A stretch of DNA of 64,000 nt, from sequence record NC_005083.2; one strand, 5' to 3'. Position numbers and translations under genes: made by a program. Below, in pieces: positions 60,198 through 64,000 of the stretch. A model generated the notes under the pieces. That model ran no database searches. It was not told the origin of the DNA and saw only the letters and a list, made by a program, of their open reading frames with translations. Numbering within the stretch: the stretch's first letter is position 1; every line of letters begins with the position of its first letter.

Positions 60198-60464
60198 ATG
60201 GAATATATGTCTTTCATTGCATTTGTTGGTTTTGTTGCATATGCAATATACATTCTTGTGAGAAAAGAACCTTGCAAGCACGACTGGATTACTATCAAAG
60301 ACGATACGACAAAATCTCGCGGTGAAATATACGGTGAAATGACTGGAAAAGTTCCCTCGCCGCGCAACTCGTATCACATGGAAGAGCTTACAAAGCGCAA
60401 ACGTATCATAATTTTAAGCTGCTGCAAGTGCGGTAAGCTAGACAAAACAGTGGAGAATATCTAA
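60198..60464 (+). CDS. Membrane-anchored Cys/His protein, 88 aa
   Basis: TM, then CKHDW...CCKCGK. Confidence 0.75.
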   Translation: MEYMSFIAFVGFVAYAIYILVRKEPCKHDWITIKDDTTKSRGEIYGEMTGKVPSPRNSYHMEELTKRKRIIILSCCKCGKLDKTVENI

Positions 60465-60742
60465 TGCAGTACACACTTGATTTACTCAATGAAAAGCTTG
60501 AATCCCTCAAGTCAGAACAATTCGGTTGGGTTGTTGCATTACCTAAAAAAGAAGGTGATGACATTGCAACTGTTCAGAAAATCATTACTGACATTGCAGT
60601 TCAGATTACATCAATCGAGCACGATATTAAACTCATCGAAGCATCACGAGGTCTAAATGCAAGAGTAGTTAAGCAAATCGTCGATGAACATTACCGCGAA
60701 CACTACAAACTTGACGAAAACGACAACTTTATCGGAGATTAA
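60464..60742 (+). CDS. Hypothetical protein, 92 aa
   Basis: GGAG RBS; coupled. Confidence 0.8.
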   Translation: MQYTLDLLNEKLESLKSEQFGWVVALPKKEGDDIATVQKIITDIAVQITSIEHDIKLIEASRGLNARVVKQIVDEHYREHYKLDENDNFIGD

Positions 60743-60743
60743 C

Positions 60744-61568
60744 ATGGAAATTGAAATCGAGCGCAAATGGCTAGTCACTGCTGAACAGTATCGTGAATTC
60801 GTAAACTGGATGCATTATCGCGATAACGGCGCCACTTCAATGAACATCTTTCAGCGTTATTTCAAGAAAGATGAGATCTCATTCGTCGATGGCTCGTTTT
60901 ACATCAACAGTCGAGTGAAGGAAGGTCGCGGTTATTTGATTAAAGCACCGAAAGACTGTCCTGATCTAACTGGCGTGAATCTACGCAAGCTAGGTGCGCG
61001 TATGCGACTAACCACGTCTGAAAACTTCATTGACAAGCTTGAATTCACAATCAAGATTCCACACGGTGACGGCATTGCCAAGCGTGAAATCAATATCCCA
61101 CTTGAATCTGGTTATGCAGACTTGATCACAGATTCGATTGAGAAAGATGACAAGCTAAATCGCAATACAACCGAAGTCGTCCCGACGGGATTGATTAAAA
61201 AGGTTCGGTGGTCAGGTGAAGTTGACGACGTACATTACGATGCTGACCGTTTCACGAATCGACCTTTTTACATAATCGAAGCTGAATTCAAAGATGAAGC
61301 TGAAGCTGAAGCATTCGTCTCACCTTTTGAGTTCATTCGCGAGGTGACGGAAGACAAGCGATTCAGCAACAAGCGAATGGCATGGAATCACGATGCCGCC
61401 GACGGGTTGGCTAGTAATATTCGTCTTTATGTCGAGAAGCTTGAGAAAGAAGCGAATGCATTGCGAAGTGATACGCTAGTATCAATGCGTGAAAGCGTAA
61501 CGAACGAAATCATGGCAGAACGTTACGAGAAAATTGCTCGTGACTTAAAACACATTGTAGGTGCGTAA
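60744..61568 (+). CDS. CYTH (triphosphate tunnel metalloenzyme) protein
   Basis: EIEIERKW (ExExK), RMRL, FTIK, REINIP, IKKVR, DADRF, IIEAEF, DKRFSN; start moved from 60684. Confidence 0.85.
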   Translation: MEIEIERKWLVTAEQYREFVNWMHYRDNGATSMNIFQRYFKKDEISFVDGSFYINSRVKEGRGYLIKAPKDCPDLTGVNLRKLGARMRLTTSENFIDKLEFTIKIPHGDGIAKREINIPLESGYADLITDSIEKDDKLNRNTTEVVPTGLIKKVRWSGEVDDVHYDADRFTNRPFYIIEAEFKDEAEAEAFVSPFEFIREVTEDKRFSNKRMAWNHDAADGLASNIRLYVEKLEKEANALRSDTLVSMRESVTNEIMAERYEKIARDLKHIVGA

Positions 61569-62050
61569 TGAAAGTAATTGCAATTCACATTAACAACTTA
61601 ACAACTGGTATGATGTGCGGGTCTCCACTCGCACAAGGTTCTTTCAATCTAATCGTTGATCGTCTACCTAGCGAAGCAGTGTATGAACGACACGGGAGAT
61701 TTCTGATCAGCAACACAGACGGTGTTTGGCGTCACTTTACAATCGGCGAACAAGGCGGTTTTGCAGGTCGTACGTTCAAACTACGCATGAAGGGTGGTAC
61801 TGTATTCAAGAACAAAGGTTATCATTATGAAGAATTCAAAGGTAATCTGTGGGATACTGCTGCTGGATTGCAAAAGTGTATGGAACTTGCTGGCGGTCCC
61901 TTGATGAGCGTTTCATTGCGTAGTTGTCGAGACAATGGCTGTTTCATTGGTGGATATTACTTCAGTCAAGAAGAAGTTCTTTTGAAGTTCAGTCACTTGA
62001 TTCGTTTTGCACCTTCGACTCAAAACAGCGCGATTACATTCGGTGAGTAA
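61568..62050 (+). CDS. Hypothetical protein, 160 aa
   Basis: GFAGRTF...KGNLWD; coupled. Confidence 0.8.
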   Translation: MKVIAIHINNLTTGMMCGSPLAQGSFNLIVDRLPSEAVYERHGRFLISNTDGVWRHFTIGEQGGFAGRTFKLRMKGGTVFKNKGYHYEEFKGNLWDTAAGLQKCMELAGGPLMSVSLRSCRDNGCFIGGYYFSQEEVLLKFSHLIRFAPSTQNSAITFGE

Positions 62051-62052
62051 AA

Positions 62053-62685
62053 ATGAAGATCAATAAATTTCAAGTAGACGGCAAGCCATTCTTGATGATT
62101 GATGACTTTCTACCTAGTGAAGTTGTTGATGAAATCGAGGACACGTTAAAATCAATCAACGATTGGGATCACGCCGACAACATCTTTGACTTCAATACGA
62201 TTGTCAAAGACAAAACCGCGATACTGCAAGGTGACCAATATCGCTTGCGAACTGGTGTGTTAGCTGAACTTGCCGAATCGACGCTCGACCGAATTCTTGA
62301 AATACTCGAAACTGAATTCGGATGCAAGTACGATAAAGACGTTCTTCGTAAAATCAACGAATGGGAATATGCGTTTCGTTTCAATACATCGTATTATGAA
62401 AAAGTAAACGATGAAATGCTGTTTCATTATGACAGCAAAGGCGTAACATTCATGTATATGCCATGCGACCAGCATGACGACGGTACGTATTTCTTCGCTG
62501 ACGGTGATCGTGACAAGCACGTATACACTCTGAAGCATAAGCGCGGGTCAGTTGCGATATTCAATGCAAGTGATATTATGCATTGCAGCGCGAAGCCGTC
62601 ACCGCTTGATGACTACCGATACACTATGGTATGGCAGTTTGTATTCCCGTCTCATCTTAAACCAATTAGAGAAGTAATCGCATGA
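62053..62685 (+). CDS. 2OG-Fe(II) oxygenase, paralog 1
   Basis: IDDFLP, FHYD (HxD), GTYF, G.VAIFNA...MH, RYTMVWQ. Confidence 0.88.
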   Translation: MKINKFQVDGKPFLMIDDFLPSEVVDEIEDTLKSINDWDHADNIFDFNTIVKDKTAILQGDQYRLRTGVLAELAESTLDRILEILETEFGCKYDKDVLRKINEWEYAFRFNTSYYEKVNDEMLFHYDSKGVTFMYMPCDQHDDGTYFFADGDRDKHVYTLKHKRGSVAIFNASDIMHCSAKPSPLDDYRYTMVWQFVFPSHLKPIREVIA

Positions 62686-63296
62686 AATACGAAAAACTTC
62701 AAATCGACGGGTGCGCGTTTGTATTGATTGAAGATCTATTGCCAGAAGATTTGGTTGAAAAACTTGATAAAGCAATGAAGAAAGAACTTGCATGGCAACA
62801 CGACGACAACATTTTTAAGTTTTGCCATTACGTTAAAGATCGTTCAGCAACTCTTCAAGGTGATATGTTTGAACTTGCCGATGATCCAGAGTTGACTGAA
62901 CTTTCAGAACAGCTACTACAACACGTTTTGGATTTCATCAAAGCTGAGTTCAATCACGAGTTCACGATTGAAGAACTAAAGCCGATATTTTCTCGCGAAC
63001 GAATTCACCGATACAAACCGCATTACTACGACAATGCAAAAGGTAACTTGCTGTATCATAAAGATGCGTGGATGACTATTTTCTACATGCCAGATGCGTA
63101 TGCAGATGAAGGCACTCATTTTTATGCAAATGAAGACCCAGAACAGCTTGTTTACACGCTGAAGCACAAACGTGGTATGATTGCGTTATTCAACGGTGAC
63201 ATTCTACACGCACCAGCTAAGATGTCAGAAACAGACACAAATAGAATTGTGTTGACTATGCAATATCATACTCATATTCAAGACATAATCTCATAG
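62682..63296 (+). CDS. 2OG-Fe(II) oxygenase, paralog 2
   Basis: IEDLLP, YHKD (HxD), GTHF, GMIALFNG.ILH, RIVLTMQ. Confidence 0.88.
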   Translation: MKYEKLQIDGCAFVLIEDLLPEDLVEKLDKAMKKELAWQHDDNIFKFCHYVKDRSATLQGDMFELADDPELTELSEQLLQHVLDFIKAEFNHEFTIEELKPIFSRERIHRYKPHYYDNAKGNLLYHKDAWMTIFYMPDAYADEGTHFYANEDPEQLVYTLKHKRGMIALFNGDILHAPAKMSETDTNRIVLTMQYHTHIQDIIS

Positions 63297-63303
63297 GTGA
63301 AAC

Positions 63304-63831
63304 ATGGACAGTCACAGAGCAGAAATCATCCGTTTGAAACGACGTGTGTCTAAGCTAGAAGAATTGGTGAAAACTCTCATGAATCGTGACGTTACACCCC
63401 GTAACGTTTTCGATGAAGAAGACGAGCACATTTCATTACATCCCGTTGATGACACATTCGATATGTTTCGAATCAAGCGTGAGCTATTGCAAGCAATGTC
63501 TCAACAATCTGTGCGTTATCTCGACATTACGTTCGAGAATTATCCTGACGTAGCACGACACAAAGTGTATCAGAATCATCTAATGCAAGATGTCGGTATG
63601 TCAGATGCCGACCGCAAGAAACTTGCAAAGACTCGTTACATGATTGCCGATGAAATGTCAGTGGGTGATGAGTTCGAATGTCCTGGATGTGGTGAGAAAG
63701 TCATTAAGAAATCTTACCAGCATCGTTTCTGTGGTGTGAAGAAACAAGGTCAGAGCAATTGCAAAGATTTTATAAACAATTGGTTTAACCCAAAGCGTTT
63801 AGAACGCACACTTGAATGGCTTGAAAAATGA
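63304..63831 (+). CDS. Hypothetical protein with C-terminal Zn finger, 175 aa
   Basis: ECPGCG...HRFCG...NCKD. Confidence 0.8.
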   Translation: MDSHRAEIIRLKRRVSKLEELVKTLMNRDVTPRNVFDEEDEHISLHPVDDTFDMFRIKRELLQAMSQQSVRYLDITFENYPDVARHKVYQNHLMQDVGMSDADRKKLAKTRYMIADEMSVGDEFECPGCGEKVIKKSYQHRFCGVKKQGQSNCKDFINNWFNPKRLERTLEWLEK

Positions 63832-64000
63832 AGACAAGAATAGTAAGATTCGAAGACGGTACGGGAAAATCACTGTATCGCATACAGTTCAAGAATTGGT
63901 ATTGGCCATTCTGGACATTTTACAAACGAATGAATGATGCAGGAAGTGAAGGCATTGTTGAGTGCGAGACTATTGAAGATGCAATTAAATGTCTTCAATG
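63828..64000 (+). CDS. Partial ORF, runs off the window end
   Basis: ATGA overlap; MKTRIVRFEDGTGKSLYRIQ... open to the end. Confidence 0.65.
   Translation, partial: MKTRIVRFEDGTGKSLYRIQFKNWYWPFWTFYKRMNDAGSEGIVECETIEDAIKCLQ

Noticed and set aside
11516-60743. N-terminal extensions given in the ORF track (e.g. 11516, 14056, 14977, 19776, 35767, 37188, 38201, 38628, 39396, 50569, 56005, 59608, 60684)
   Set aside because: They run through promoters or upstream genes; downstream ATGs have clear RBSs. Look-alike leaders such as MVAWCSHLLYYLYIETR and MQKVVACCSHFLYYLYIETR merely translate the promoter cassette.
415-63167. Numerous 60-145 aa antisense or alternate-frame ORFs overlapping real genes (e.g. 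415, 777, 1998, 8623, 8879, 25139, 35826, 41269, 45179, 45560, 48639, 57756)
   Set aside because: Shadow ORFs: fully overlap better-supported genes, no RBS or promoter, no recognisable motifs.

Overview
The window is a segment of a lytic T4-like (Straboviridae) phage genome. Gene content and order (cd, queD-folE-dpdA-queF-queC-gat, gp31, gp49, rnlB, rIIA/rIIB, a Seg-type GIY-YIG gene, dda, natV, tk, denV, nadR...pnuC) match my recollection of Vibrio phage KVP40 and its Schizotequatrovirus relatives; this is recognition, not a search result. Almost all of the ~130 ORFs are on the + strand, in early-type units driven by a repeated sigma70-like cassette (TTGAC/TTGCA -35, TATTAT -10, downstream ATCGAAACG, RBS GAGAGAACATTATG). 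In several copies the -35 lies inside a terminator hairpin. Only four real genes lie on the - strand, and three have a TAAATA late-promoter box. Recognisable modules are 7-deazaguanine DNA modification, NAD+ salvage, anti-restriction (ArdA-like acidic protein plus orphan adenine methylase), a K+ channel, RNA-repair enzymes, a CYTH protein and two tandem 2OG-Fe(II) oxygenases. The least-explained signals are (i) dispersed genes, several under late boxes, whose N-termini resemble the T4 internal-protein capsid-targeting sequence, (ii) a sharp AAC/GTT strand-bias inversion around a ~400 bp non-coding gap at 36.7-37.1 kb (candidate origin), (iii) a 6x9-bp repeat upstream of the ArdA-like/methylase operon, and (iv) several paralogous small-gene families. 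No tRNA, rRNA or CRISPR array was seen. Several starts were moved from the ORF track to the codon with an RBS, and some ORFs under 60 aa were added by hand. All function calls come from motif recognition without database searches.
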